This document shows, one piece after another, positions 1-9,210 of a stretch of 33,341 nt of DNA. The notes below the pieces were generated by a model that was not told the DNA's origin, ran no database searches, and worked only from the letters and a program-made list of their open reading frames with translations. Position 1 is the stretch's first letter. Each line of letters opens with the position of its first letter. This stretch comes from Fimbriimonadales bacterium (GTDB taxonomy: Bacteria > Armatimonadota > Fimbriimonadia > Fimbriimonadales > ATM1), in the NCBI GenBank assembly GCA_041744215.1, contig JBGTLG010000017.1:1-33341 (forward strand), given 5' to 3'. Made by a program: the position numbers and the translations under genes.

Positions 1-99
1 GCGCACCGCTCTTCGGGCAGCAGCGCGGGCAGCGAGCCGATTTCCGTCTTCTTCACCGGGCAGTCGCCTGGCGGCTACTCGGAAGAGCAGGCAGCTTAG
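1..99 (+). CDS. Possible 3' end of a CDS entering from the left edge (partial)
   Basis: Frame 1 is open from the window edge to TAG at 97-99 (...GGYSEEQAA*); no recognisable motif. Confidence 0.35.
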   Translation, partial: AHRSSGSSAGSEPISVFFTGQSPGGYSEEQAA

Positions 100-178
100 C
101 CTCTCCGGTTCACGACCCGCTGATTTGCTGGTGGCTTGGCAGGGTGAGTTCGTGTACAATGCCCGCCGAGGTGAAGAC

Positions 179-1084
179 ATGAGCAGACTCTTCCATACAC
201 TTTTGGCTGGTTTCGTCGTCGTTTCGGGTGCGTTCGCGCAGGGGATGATTCTGATGCCGGACAGCACGAACAACCGAATGGTTGCGTTCAATCCGTTTGA
301 TGGCAGCGTGATGAACAGCAATATGTTCGCGCTTCAGGCGGGCACACCGATCCACGCGCTACCTGTTGGGAACGAAATTTGGGTTTCTGAGCAGACAGGT
401 GATCGCGTTTCTCGGTGGGACTATTCGGGCAACCTTCTTGGGAACATCGGCGGGCAATTCGCAGGCGGCGGTTTAGACAACGTGCGCGGCATGGGCCTTG
501 TCAACAACGTCGTATACGTGACGAACGCAGGCACGGCGAATAATGCTCCGGGTAACTCGGTCGTTATGTTCGACACATCCGGCAACAACTTGGGCTTTTT
601 CAGCACAGTCGGCTTAGCTCCCAGCCCGTTCGGGATCCTCGGGCATCAGGGCGGAATTCTTGTTTCGTCGAGTTCGGCGAACGATGACATTCATCGTTTT
701 AGCCTAACGGGAACATCGCTGGGGACATTTCACAACAGTACGACTCTGAACTTTGCTGAGCAGATGAATTATGCGACGAACGGCAACGTTTTGGTCGCTG
801 GATTCTCATCGCCCGCAGGGACGTACGAGCTTGACGTGAACACCGGCGCGATTGTCAACACGATCGCTGGCTCCGGTAACCGCGGCGTCATTCAGTTGGG
901 CAACGGCAACATCATGTGGACGAATGGATCTGGCGCGCACATCTACGACGTTACGACGAACACGTCCTCGCTAATCTATGCGGGCGGCGGGCGGTACCTT
1001 GAGTTCACTGCCGTGCCTGAACCTGCATCGCTTCTCGTGATCGGCGCCGGACTCGCTTTCCTCGCTCGACGGCGCAGGAAGTAG
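179..1084 (+). CDS. PEP-CTERM sorting domain protein (beta-propeller-like, exosortase substrate)
   Basis: ATG 179 preceded by GAGGTG; signal peptide ending AFA; C-terminus VPEPASLLVIGAGLAFLARRRRK (PEP motif, TM helix, basic tail). Confidence 0.93.
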   Translation: MSRLFHTLLAGFVVVSGAFAQGMILMPDSTNNRMVAFNPFDGSVMNSNMFALQAGTPIHALPVGNEIWVSEQTGDRVSRWDYSGNLLGNIGGQFAGGGLDNVRGMGLVNNVVYVTNAGTANNAPGNSVVMFDTSGNNLGFFSTVGLAPSPFGILGHQGGILVSSSSANDDIHRFSLTGTSLGTFHNSTTLNFAEQMNYATNGNVLVAGFSSPAGTYELDVNTGAIVNTIAGSGNRGVIQLGNGNIMWTNGSGAHIYDVTTNTSSLIYAGGGRYLEFTAVPEPASLLVIGAGLAFLARRRRK

Positions 1085-1108
1085 TCATCGATATGTTCCT
1101 TTCTCCTC

Positions 1109-1142
1109 GGCCTCCCAGCCAATGAAAGCTGGGAGGTCTTTT
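1109..1142 (+). terminator. Intrinsic terminator of the PEP-CTERM gene
   Basis: Stem GGCCTCCCAGC/GCTGGGAGGTC followed by TTTT, about 25 nt after the stop. Confidence 0.8.
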
Positions 1143-1246
1143 CACTCGTGGGCAATCGCGGGTGTCCGGCAGTCGAACTCACCACCCGCGTGAGCCCGTC
1201 TACGGCTTGAAGCGAGGCCACTCGAAACGGCATCGTTGGAGGGTCT

Positions 1247-3616
1247 ATGAGTTTGAGGAACTGTGTGCTTTTCTTCTTCGTCGTCTGCGGCGCCTTTTTC
1301 GCGGGCAACGGCTGCTCCGCGCCGTCGGAGACCGTGCTGAGAGCCAAAGTGGAAAACCGGATTGAGCGACCTCCGCTTCCCGAGGCGGACTACAAGCGGT
1401 CGTTCGAAGAGTGGTTGGAAGAGCGCGCATATCCCAACAAAGACATCGACATCGAAAACTGGTCGCGCGCCGCGGCTCACCGCGACGCGATGCCGGTGCT
1501 CTCGCCCTCGCCGAAAGATGGTGTCGACAGTTGGCAGCTTATGGGCCCGGTGAATCTGCCCGTTCCTTATCGGATTTACTACGGCCAAGGGACGACGAGC
1601 GGGCGTATCAACGACGTTGCGTTCGACCCGAACAACCCCGGCGTTTATTACCTTGCGGCTGCGACGGGGGGAATTTGGAAAACGACTAACGGAGGGGAGA
1701 CTTGGATTCCGCTAAGCGATAACTGGCCTTCACTTGCCACTAACAGCGTCGTCGTTCATCCGACAAACAGCGACATCGTTTTCGCGGGCACCGGCGATTT
1801 CAATGGGAGCTATCCCTATTCGTTCGGATTGCGCAAGAGCATCGACGGCGGACAAACATGGACGACGATCGGCGGATCGCTGTTCGGGGATCTTGCCATT
1901 CGCCGTATCATGATCGACCCGGACAATACGAACCGAATGGTTCTCACAACGGGAAAAGGCGCTTCGTATTGGGGATACCTGTATCGCTCGCTGGATGGCG
2001 GTGAGACATGGAGCGTTTCGCTAAATACTTTTGCGGCGTGGACTGATGTCGAATACAGCGCGCCCTACGAAAATGGCGGCCGGTGGTACTACGCGAGCGG
2101 TTTGGACAATGGCGGGCAGGTTTGGCGGTCGGGAGATCGCGGTGCTACATGGACAAAGCTGACGACACCTCTGCCAACAAGTTTTCAGGGCAGCGTCGAG
2201 ATCGCGACCTCGAAAGTTGAACGCGCGACCGTGTACCTTTTGGCTGGTCAACCGAGGAAGATTTACAAGAGCACGAACGCAGGCGCAAACTGGACCGACA
2301 TCACCGCGGGCTTCCCAAATGGAAACAACAACTACAACTGGAGCCAGCACAGCTACGACTTTTACATCGAGACTTCATACCGGATGGAGGGCGGCTCGCC
2401 AGTCGATGTCATCTACGTAGGATTGATTGATATCGCGCAGTCGCGCGACGGTGGATCGACGTGGCAGTCAATAGGACAGACTTACACAAGCAATGCGCTC
2501 ACACACAACGACCAGCATGTCCTCCGCGTTAACCCTAACAATCCAGACCAATTGCTGGTTGGAAATGATGGCGGCGTCTACATGCTGAATTACAATCCGT
2601 CGAACAACACATGGAGTTTCGACACTAGTTTGAGCAAGTTTCTGGGCGTGACGCAGTTCTACAAGAGCGACTTCCATCCGACGAATATGTCGCGGATGAT
2701 CGGAGGAACCCAGGATAACGCGACGCCAGCTTCCACAGGCGACTTACAAAACTGGAGAAACGTCGGTGGCGGCGACGGCGGCTTCTGCGCGATACGATCG
2801 GACAACGCAAACGTGCAGTATGCGACCTCACAGAACCTCGGTGTTTATCGGACAACGAACAACTGGAGCTCCAGCACCTCGATATCGCCAAGCACCGGCT
2901 CAGATCGAAAGGCGTTCATCGCGCCGATTGTGTTGCGCCCGGACAACCAAAACTTTCTGTTTGCAGGAACCAATTACCTGTGGCGATACTCGCAGAGCGC
3001 AAACTCATGGACAGCGAGGCTCGGCGGTCAGGAGCTCTCCGTAAGCGGAACTGTCCGGACAATTGCTGTAGCGCCGACGGACGGAAGCACCATTTACACA
3101 GGCTCAAACCAAGGCGAAGTTTGGATGACAAGGGACGGGGGCGCAACTTGGAAGCAGATTAACGGAGGCTCGCCAGGTCTTCCGAATCGATTCATCAGAC
3201 ACATTGTTGTTCATCCAAGCAACCCGACCAAAGTGTTCGTAGCTGTCTCTGGCACGGGCACACACCACGTTTGGCGATGTGAAAATACTGACGCTGTGAC
3301 AAGAGTGTGGAGCAGCCTTGACGGCGCGGGGCCGACTGGCTTGCCCGACATTCCTGCGCAGGCGATTGCGCTTCACCCGGTCTCGCCGGATAAATCGATG
3401 TACGTCGCCACAGACGTTGGCGTCTTCTTCACACAGAACGGAGGCGAGTCTTGGATGAATGCTACAGCTCCTCTGGGTTTGCCAAATGTCCAAGTAAATG
3501 ACCTCAAGTTCATGCCCGGACAGAAGTCACTTTATGCAGCCACTTGGGGAAGAGGGATCTGGCGACTCCCAGTACAGTACTGGACACCTCCGCCTGGCCC
3601 GCCAATTCCGCGCTAG
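1247..3616 (+). CDS. Secreted BNR/Asp-box repeat beta-propeller protein (GH74/VPS10/sialidase-like superfamily)
   Basis: Many S/T-x-D/N-G-G-x-T/S-W Asp boxes (TTNGGETW, SIDGGQTW, SLDGGETW, SRDGGSTW, TRDGGATW); GRINDV, HNDQH, GNDGGV, GTQDN and ATWGRGIW motifs; N-terminal hydrophobic signal, possibly a lipoprotein. Confidence 0.85.
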   Translation: MSLRNCVLFFFVVCGAFFAGNGCSAPSETVLRAKVENRIERPPLPEADYKRSFEEWLEERAYPNKDIDIENWSRAAAHRDAMPVLSPSPKDGVDSWQLMGPVNLPVPYRIYYGQGTTSGRINDVAFDPNNPGVYYLAAATGGIWKTTNGGETWIPLSDNWPSLATNSVVVHPTNSDIVFAGTGDFNGSYPYSFGLRKSIDGGQTWTTIGGSLFGDLAIRRIMIDPDNTNRMVLTTGKGASYWGYLYRSLDGGETWSVSLNTFAAWTDVEYSAPYENGGRWYYASGLDNGGQVWRSGDRGATWTKLTTPLPTSFQGSVEIATSKVERATVYLLAGQPRKIYKSTNAGANWTDITAGFPNGNNNYNWSQHSYDFYIETSYRMEGGSPVDVIYVGLIDIAQSRDGGSTWQSIGQTYTSNALTHNDQHVLRVNPNNPDQLLVGNDGGVYMLNYNPSNNTWSFDTSLSKFLGVTQFYKSDFHPTNMSRMIGGTQDNATPASTGDLQNWRNVGGGDGGFCAIRSDNANVQYATSQNLGVYRTTNNWSSSTSISPSTGSDRKAFIAPIVLRPDNQNFLFAGTNYLWRYSQSANSWTARLGGQELSVSGTVRTIAVAPTDGSTIYTGSNQGEVWMTRDGGATWKQINGGSPGLPNRFIRHIVVHPSNPTKVFVAVSGTGTHHVWRCENTDAVTRVWSSLDGAGPTGLPDIPAQAIALHPVSPDKSMYVATDVGVFFTQNGGESWMNATAPLGLPNVQVNDLKFMPGQKSLYAATWGRGIWRLPVQYWTPPPGPPIPR

Positions 3617-3625
3617 TGAGCGTAG

Positions 3626-4492
3626 CTATTCTCCCGGGATCTCGTGGCTCTCAATTGCACCGTCGATGCACACCCAGGCCGTAAAGCCGTCTTTGCTCGC
3701 GGCCGCGCCCCAGTCACCTTTTGTTGAGACTGCAAACACAACGCTTACATGTTCGGCTGTGCGCGGTTCGCGCTTAATCATTTGACGCACTGCTGTGCGG
3801 CACGCATCCATCGCGGACATTCCAGATCGCATATGCTCGACGGCGCGGAACGACAACATGTGTCGCCAAATGTCTTCGCCCAGTCCCGTAGCGCCCGCAG
3901 CGCCGGCATCGTCATCTGCGTAAAACCCAGCGCCGACGATTGGCGAGTCGCCAACACGACCCGGCAGTTTCCAAGCGAGCCCGCTCGTGCTGCACGCAGC
4001 GACCACATGACCAGGCTCTTCCCTGCCGACGATGGTGACCGTGTCGTGGCTTAGGTGTGCGACTTCGGCTGCGGATCTCGTCTCTCTCCATTCATTGAAT
4101 CGGCGCAAGCTGTTTTCCGAATGCAGATTTCTCACTTCGAAGCCGCGGCTCTCCGCAAATCGGCGAGCCTGATCTCCCGCCAACATCAAGTGTGGCGTTT
4201 CCTCCATGACTTTTCTTGCGAGGGAAATCACCGGCAACACTCCGCGCACAGCGCAAACAGCTCCTGTGTTTAGCGTTCGACCATCCATCAAGCCCGCGTC
4301 AAGCTCCTGGTCTCCGTCCGCGTTTGGAAGTCCCCCAAAACCGATTGCGTGGAAAGCTGGGTCAAGCTCGACCTCGACCAGCCCCTGTTCGCACGCAGAG
4401 AGGAGGTCTTGGTCGGCGCAGTAGGATTGCCACGCGCGCTCGACGCAAGGCTTGCCTGGGTCTAGCCAGGTCGAAACGAAAACAGTGGACAT
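3626..4492 (-). CDS. Isoaspartyl peptidase / N4-(beta-N-acetylglucosaminyl)-L-asparaginase (type 2 asparaginase, Ntn hydrolase)
   Basis: GFGGLPN, ELDAGLMDG, HD-T autoproteolytic nucleophile, STSG, GRVGDSPIVGAGFYAD, ATGLGE. Confidence 0.9.
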   Translation of the reverse strand: MSTVFVSTWLDPGKPCVERAWQSYCADQDLLSACEQGLVEVELDPAFHAIGFGGLPNADGDQELDAGLMDGRTLNTGAVCAVRGVLPVISLARKVMEETPHLMLAGDQARRFAESRGFEVRNLHSENSLRRFNEWRETRSAAEVAHLSHDTVTIVGREEPGHVVAACSTSGLAWKLPGRVGDSPIVGAGFYADDDAGAAGATGLGEDIWRHMLSFRAVEHMRSGMSAMDACRTAVRQMIKREPRTAEHVSVVFAVSTKGDWGAAASKDGFTAWVCIDGAIESHEIPGE

Positions 4493-4515
4493 CGAGCGCG
4501 CAGTATATCCCGCGC

Positions 4516-4794
4516 TCAGCGCTCGACTTGCCGCACGCGGATCGGGCTGTCTACGCTTCGCTGTGTAATCTCTACGGGTCCTTCCGACTTGATCTTCAAT
4601 CCTTGGTAGCGGATATCTTCGAGCTTCCGAGCAATGTCTTGGACACTGCGGTTCAGCTCGTTCATTCCGTCAACGGCCATACGGGATTGTGCCTGTGCCT
4701 CAATCGTCCCGTCCCAGCCTTTGATCGCGAGTGCCGATAGTGCCGCAGCGATCACGGTCAGCATAAGTTTCGTGTAGAAGTCACCTTTTCTCAT
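4516..4794 (-). CDS. Small membrane-anchored hypothetical protein
   Basis: Likely start MRKGDFYTKLMLTVIAAALSALA; one hydrophobic helix then a short coiled coil; fills the gap between ppk1 and the asparaginase gene. Confidence 0.7.
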   Translation of the reverse strand: MRKGDFYTKLMLTVIAAALSALAIKGWDGTIEAQAQSRMAVDGMNELNRSVQDIARKLEDIRYQGLKIKSEGPVEITQRSVDSPIRVRQVER

Positions 4795-4836
4795 AATGAA
4801 ATGGACGCTTCGGCTGTTCAAAAGGTGCGATGTGGG

Positions 4837-6915
4837 TCAGCGCAGCAAAGTTGTCGCAGGTTCTGCCATGAGCGCTGTTTGCGCCTCGAAGGGCGCCTCG
4901 CCATCTTGCGGCTGTTTGCGAGCGTATTCTCCGGTTGCACTGAGCTCCCACGACTGGACATTATCTCGCATGTAAGCATCAAGCACTACATCATGAAGAT
5001 AAGCCATGATTTCCGGCGAGACTACCGGAACCAACGTTTCAACTCGGCGATCAAGATTGCGCCGCATAAGGTCCGCGCTTCCTATAAGCACGTCTTGTTG
5101 TCCACCGTTGCGGAAGTAGAAAATGCGGCTGTGCTCCAAAAAGCGTCCAACCGTTGACACAACTCGGATGTTCTCACTAAGTCCTCCCACTCCCGGACGA
5201 AGGCAGCAGATGCCCCGGCAAAGCAGATCAACTTGAACCCCAACATTCGAAGCGGAATACAATGCGTCAATGACTTCCGGATCGACGAGCGCGTTTAGCT
5301 TGAAGATGATTCTTCCATCGCCGTGTTCCCGGTGCTTCTCCGCCTCACGATTGATTCGCTCAATGACGGCATCCCGCAAGTTGAGAGGAGCAACAAGCAG
5401 CTTACGATACGTGTGTTGATTGGAGAACCCCGTAAGAAAGTTGAACAGTTCGGAGATATCTTGAGTAATGTCAGGATCGCAAGTGAACAAGCCGACGTCG
5501 GTGTAGAGTCGTGCTGTCGTGGGATTGAAGTTGCCTGTACCGATGTAAGCGTAAAGCCGAATCTTCTTGCCTTCCCTCCTAACAATCAGGCAGAGCTTGC
5601 AGTGAGTCTTGAGTTCGGAGAAGCCATAAGTTACGTGGACGCCGGCCCGCTCAAGCGCGCGCGCCCAGACTAGATTGTTGCTCTCGTCAAATCTCGCCTT
5701 CAGTTCGACCATAGCCGCAACCTGCTTGCCGTTGTTTGCTGCGTCTAAGAGCGCTTCGACAATGGGACTTTCAGTCCCAACACGATAAAGTGTTTGCTTG
5801 ATCCCGATGACTTGTGGGTCTTTTGCTGCCGCCGCAACGAATGTTTCTACGGACTTGAAACTATCAAATGGCAAGTGAACAAGGACGTCGTGATCCGAGA
5901 CCACATCGAATAGAGAATTGTGCTCGACAAGTCGTTCGTTGATGTACGGATGGTGAGGCGCGAATCGAAGGCCGGGCTTTTCGATTCCCGCGAGGGGCAA
6001 GACAGCATCCAAGCCAATGAGTCCTTCCACTCGAAACATATCCTCGCGCTCAAGCTCAAGGTGCTTTCTTAGGAACTCCTCCACTGGCTTTGGCATTCGC
6101 GACTCAGTTTCTAATAGAACGGGTGCACCAAATCTCCTGAGCCTGATCGTCTGTTCAGTAAGTGCAAAGAGATCGGCCGCTTCAAGTTCTTGAATCTCTA
6201 TGTCTGCATCGCGAACAACTCGGAATCGGTAGCAGCCCTTGATCCCAATTCCTGGGAAGAAAGCTTCAAGATTGTTCGCAATAATGTCTTCGAGCAGCAC
6301 GTGCTCAAATCCCCGCTTCGAGAGCCGGATCACACGTGGAAAGACGGTAGGCACTTTGACGCGAGCCAGACGCGTCTCGCCCTCACCGTCGTCCAACTCG
6401 ACTGCGAGATTCAGGCTGCGACTCGAGATGAACGGGAACGTAGGGGACGGCCGCATCGCGAGTGGAGTGCAGACAGGAAACACCTCGTCTTCAAAGAACT
6501 TGCGCATATCGCGCTTTTGCTTAGCGGTCAGTTCACCATACCCTTTGATGACGACCCCGCTTTCTTCGAGCGCGGGTCTAAGGTTGGTCTCGAAAACTTG
6601 GCCCGCCTCTTTCCTGAGCCGGTGAGCGACATCGGCGATGAGCGCCAACTGCTCCGTCGGAGTCATGCCATCTGGGGTCAAGTCCGTAACGCCTGCTTGC
6701 TCCTGCTCGATGAGTCCCGCGACCCGAACCATGTAGAACTCATCGAGATTGGACTCGAAGATCGCGAGAAACTTGAGCCGCTCAAGCAGCGGATTTCTGG
6801 GGTTCTTTGCTTCTTCCAGTACTCGCCGGTTGAATTGAAGCCAGCTAAACTCGCGATTGATGTAGCGCTCCGAGGCGGGACGATCTGTGCCAGGGTCAAC
6901 AACTAGATGGGACAT
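4837..6915 (-). CDS. ppk1: Polyphosphate kinase 1
   Basis: YINREFSWLQFNRRVL, NLDEFYMVRVAGL, IKQTLYR, ELKARFDESNN, KTHCK (phospho-His), GTGNFN, RFLEHSRIF, SADLMRRNLDRRVE. Confidence 0.98.
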   Translation of the reverse strand: MSHLVVDPGTDRPASERYINREFSWLQFNRRVLEEAKNPRNPLLERLKFLAIFESNLDEFYMVRVAGLIEQEQAGVTDLTPDGMTPTEQLALIADVAHRLRKEAGQVFETNLRPALEESGVVIKGYGELTAKQKRDMRKFFEDEVFPVCTPLAMRPSPTFPFISSRSLNLAVELDDGEGETRLARVKVPTVFPRVIRLSKRGFEHVLLEDIIANNLEAFFPGIGIKGCYRFRVVRDADIEIQELEAADLFALTEQTIRLRRFGAPVLLETESRMPKPVEEFLRKHLELEREDMFRVEGLIGLDAVLPLAGIEKPGLRFAPHHPYINERLVEHNSLFDVVSDHDVLVHLPFDSFKSVETFVAAAAKDPQVIGIKQTLYRVGTESPIVEALLDAANNGKQVAAMVELKARFDESNNLVWARALERAGVHVTYGFSELKTHCKLCLIVRREGKKIRLYAYIGTGNFNPTTARLYTDVGLFTCDPDITQDISELFNFLTGFSNQHTYRKLLVAPLNLRDAVIERINREAEKHREHGDGRIIFKLNALVDPEVIDALYSASNVGVQVDLLCRGICCLRPGVGGLSENIRVVSTVGRFLEHSRIFYFRNGGQQDVLIGSADLMRRNLDRRVETLVPVVSPEIMAYLHDVVLDAYMRDNVQSWELSATGEYARKQPQDGEAPFEAQTALMAEPATTLLR

Positions 6916-7808
6916 GGTTTTATGTTTCCCTTGGCCATCTCAAGAATTGCGCCCTCGCGTACGCCGTACTCACTGACACGAAGCCTGTCTAACCCAAATC
7001 GCCTGCAGATCGCCGCATAGACCGTAGCCCCCGGCAGTAGCGCCTCCGCGCGACGCAGGCGGACGTTGAACCGCGCTGCGGCTTTCTGGGCAGACATCCT
7101 GGCGGTCGACCAAGCAAGGAACTCCATCTCTTCTAAGAATACGACGGGATCGCCGTCTGGGTGAAGCGCACGTACCATTCCCCTCGCAACGCCGCCACTC
7201 GCGATCCCCGTAGTCGAGCTTGGTACCTCAAGATTGTTAACTGAGTCGTTAACAATCTGCTCCATCGTCGCCAGTTGGGCGGACGTTGGGGGGTTGCCCA
7301 GTTGAGCCGCCACGCGCAGTCTGCCGGTGCCGATCGGCAACGACGCCTCCTCATGCATCTCGCCGTGAGCGCAGTGGGCGATCTGCGCGCTGCCGCCTCC
7401 GATCTCAAACAGCAGAAAGTCCTTAACGGAGCCGGCATCGAGCACCGCGCCTTTGAGGCTCAGCTCTGCCTCTGTGCGACCGCTAACGATCGCGACTTCG
7501 ATTCCGACCCGTTTCTTGATCAGCCTTAGAACTTCGGAGTGGTTTTCGGCAATTCGCATCGCCTCAGTTGCGAAAACAAAAATGCCCTGCGCTTTGCATG
7601 AGGTGGCAATACCGCGCATAGATTTAAGCGACCGCACGAGCTTTTCGACTGCGGCTTGAGGCAGGCACCCATGCGCGGCGACAGTCTCGCCCAGGCCAAG
7701 CCAGTCGCTCTCGTTCGATACACGACGAAGACCCGATCCATCAGTCTCCGCGACGAGAAGGTGAACAGTGTTGCTGCCTATGTCCGCCGCGGCGAGTATC
7801 CTTCCCAT
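6903..7808 (-). CDS. ppx: Ppx/GppA family exopolyphosphatase (short form)
   Basis: AAADIGSNT, ATEAMR, EAEL, IGGGS, GVREG; ATG 7808 preferred over the 7913 ORF start; 13-nt overlap with ppk1. Confidence 0.88.
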   Translation of the reverse strand: MGRILAAADIGSNTVHLLVAETDGSGLRRVSNESDWLGLGETVAAHGCLPQAAVEKLVRSLKSMRGIATSCKAQGIFVFATEAMRIAENHSEVLRLIKKRVGIEVAIVSGRTEAELSLKGAVLDAGSVKDFLLFEIGGGSAQIAHCAHGEMHEEASLPIGTGRLRVAAQLGNPPTSAQLATMEQIVNDSVNNLEVPSSTTGIASGGVARGMVRALHPDGDPVVFLEEMEFLAWSTARMSAQKAAARFNVRLRRAEALLPGATVYAAICRRFGLDRLRVSEYGVREGAILEMAKGNIKPCPI

Positions 7809-7858
7809 TCGCCGAAGAGTATGGCACCGCTTCGTCAAATGGGAATAGACTAAGAAGC

Positions 7859-8434
7859 ATGGATGACGAACCGCGCTACCCCCGCCTGCACAAGGCAGTC
7901 CGCCTCGCAACAAAACTCCACATGGGTCAGGATCGAGACGGAGCAGACCCGCTTCCCTACATCACCCATCCACTCGAAGTCCTCACAATAATGCGATTTG
8001 TTGGAGGCATTACAGATGAGGACATGCTATGTGCTGCTGTGCTTCACGATACGATTGAGGAATGTGACGTCGATCCAGCAATCATTAGCGCGAAGTGCGG
8101 CGAGAGAACGCTCAATCTCGTCGAAGGCGTAACAAGAACGGAGCCTTCCGAAGATGTTGCCGCGTCTCTATCTGGCGCGGAGCTGTGGGACCTCCGGAGC
8201 AAAATGTTGTTGGAGGAGATTGCAGCGATGTCGCCGGATGAAATGACTATCAAACTCGCCGACAGGCTTTCAAACATCAAACAAGCTCTGATCACACGCA
8301 GCGGGGAGAAGAAGGATCGCTACCTCCGTCAGACAGAGGCGATTCTCAAGATCATTCCTTCATCTGTGAATCCACCGCTGTGGCATGCGATTCGTTCGGT
8401 GGTAGATTCAGCGAACGCGGCAGTGCGAACATGA
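7859..8434 (+). CDS. Stand-alone RelA/SpoT-type HD hydrolase (Mesh1/small alarmone hydrolase-like)
   Basis: HxGQxR, PYITHPLEV, AAVLHDTIEE, LVEGVT, IKLADRLSN; 191 aa with no synthetase domain. Confidence 0.88.
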   Translation: MDDEPRYPRLHKAVRLATKLHMGQDRDGADPLPYITHPLEVLTIMRFVGGITDEDMLCAAVLHDTIEECDVDPAIISAKCGERTLNLVEGVTRTEPSEDVAASLSGAELWDLRSKMLLEEIAAMSPDEMTIKLADRLSNIKQALITRSGEKKDRYLRQTEAILKIIPSSVNPPLWHAIRSVVDSANAAVRT

Positions 8435-9210
8435 TTCTTTCCCTTATCGTCGCGGCGGCTCAAGCTCCAAATCCCGCCATTTTTCTTGCAGTTTCCGAAA
8501 CTGGCCGGCAGTGGAGGGTCTTCTTTGAGCCGATCGCCAGAATGGCCTACGCCCCGGACGCGATCCTACTGCCGCAGAACAGTCCCCTCGGTAAACGAGG
8601 GGAAATCTACGTCTACTTTATAGATGGGGATGACGGCAAGCTAAAGGTTTCGCGGTCGGCGAACTCCGGCGCAACCTGGACGGATCGGATTTCCGTTGAA
8701 GTGGCTTCGCCAGCGAGCAGTCCGGCGGTCGCAATCGGCCCGGACGGCACGATGCGACTCTTCCTGGGCAGCGAGCAAGGAGTGGACGTTTTCGAATCGA
8801 GCGATGCAGTCCGCTTTAAACCCCGCGGGGTTGCCCTGTCGGCAGTTGGCGCGGCCGATCCCGAAGTGCTGTTGACGAAGGACGGCTGGCTGATGTTTTT
8901 CTCTCTTAATGGAGAAACCCGGGCAGCACGATCTAGCGATGGTTTCGTGTTCGAACTCGATGAGAAGGTTCGATTTCGAGGCTTTGGATCAACTGGTGGG
9001 TATCTGCTCGCCGACAATACTATTCGCTTGTTCTTCGCAGGTAATGGCATTTGGAGCAGGGCGAGCCGCGACGGCGTGAACTTTGTGAATGAGTCTGGAT
9101 ACCACTTGACGCCAGTAGCAGGAACACAGATCGGAAACCCATCGGCAGTGCAGCTTCTGGACGGTCGGCACCTGCTGTTCTGCGACGTGTCTTGGGTACC
9201 GACGCGCTAA
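8431..9210 (+). CDS. Secreted BNR/sialidase-like beta-propeller protein
   Basis: ATGA overlap with the HD gene stop; short signal MILSLIVAAAQA; Asp-box-like SANSGATW, SSDGFVF, SRDGVNF. Confidence 0.7.
   Translation: MILSLIVAAAQAPNPAIFLAVSETGRQWRVFFEPIARMAYAPDAILLPQNSPLGKRGEIYVYFIDGDDGKLKVSRSANSGATWTDRISVEVASPASSPAVAIGPDGTMRLFLGSEQGVDVFESSDAVRFKPRGVALSAVGAADPEVLLTKDGWLMFFSLNGETRAARSSDGFVFELDEKVRFRGFGSTGGYLLADNTIRLFFAGNGIWSRASRDGVNFVNESGYHLTPVAGTQIGNPSAVQLLDGRHLLFCDVSWVPTR

Noticed and set aside
6190-6906. Long antisense ORFs (also 14403-15053 and 24849-25490)
   Set aside because: Antisense shadows of well-supported genes, expected in GC-rich DNA.
7809-7913. Extended N-termini from the ORF track (ppx, PEP-CTERM, nuoI, TolB-like, PIG-L and others)
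   Set aside because: Downstream starts fit SD or -10 signals, stop/start overlaps and signal peptides better.
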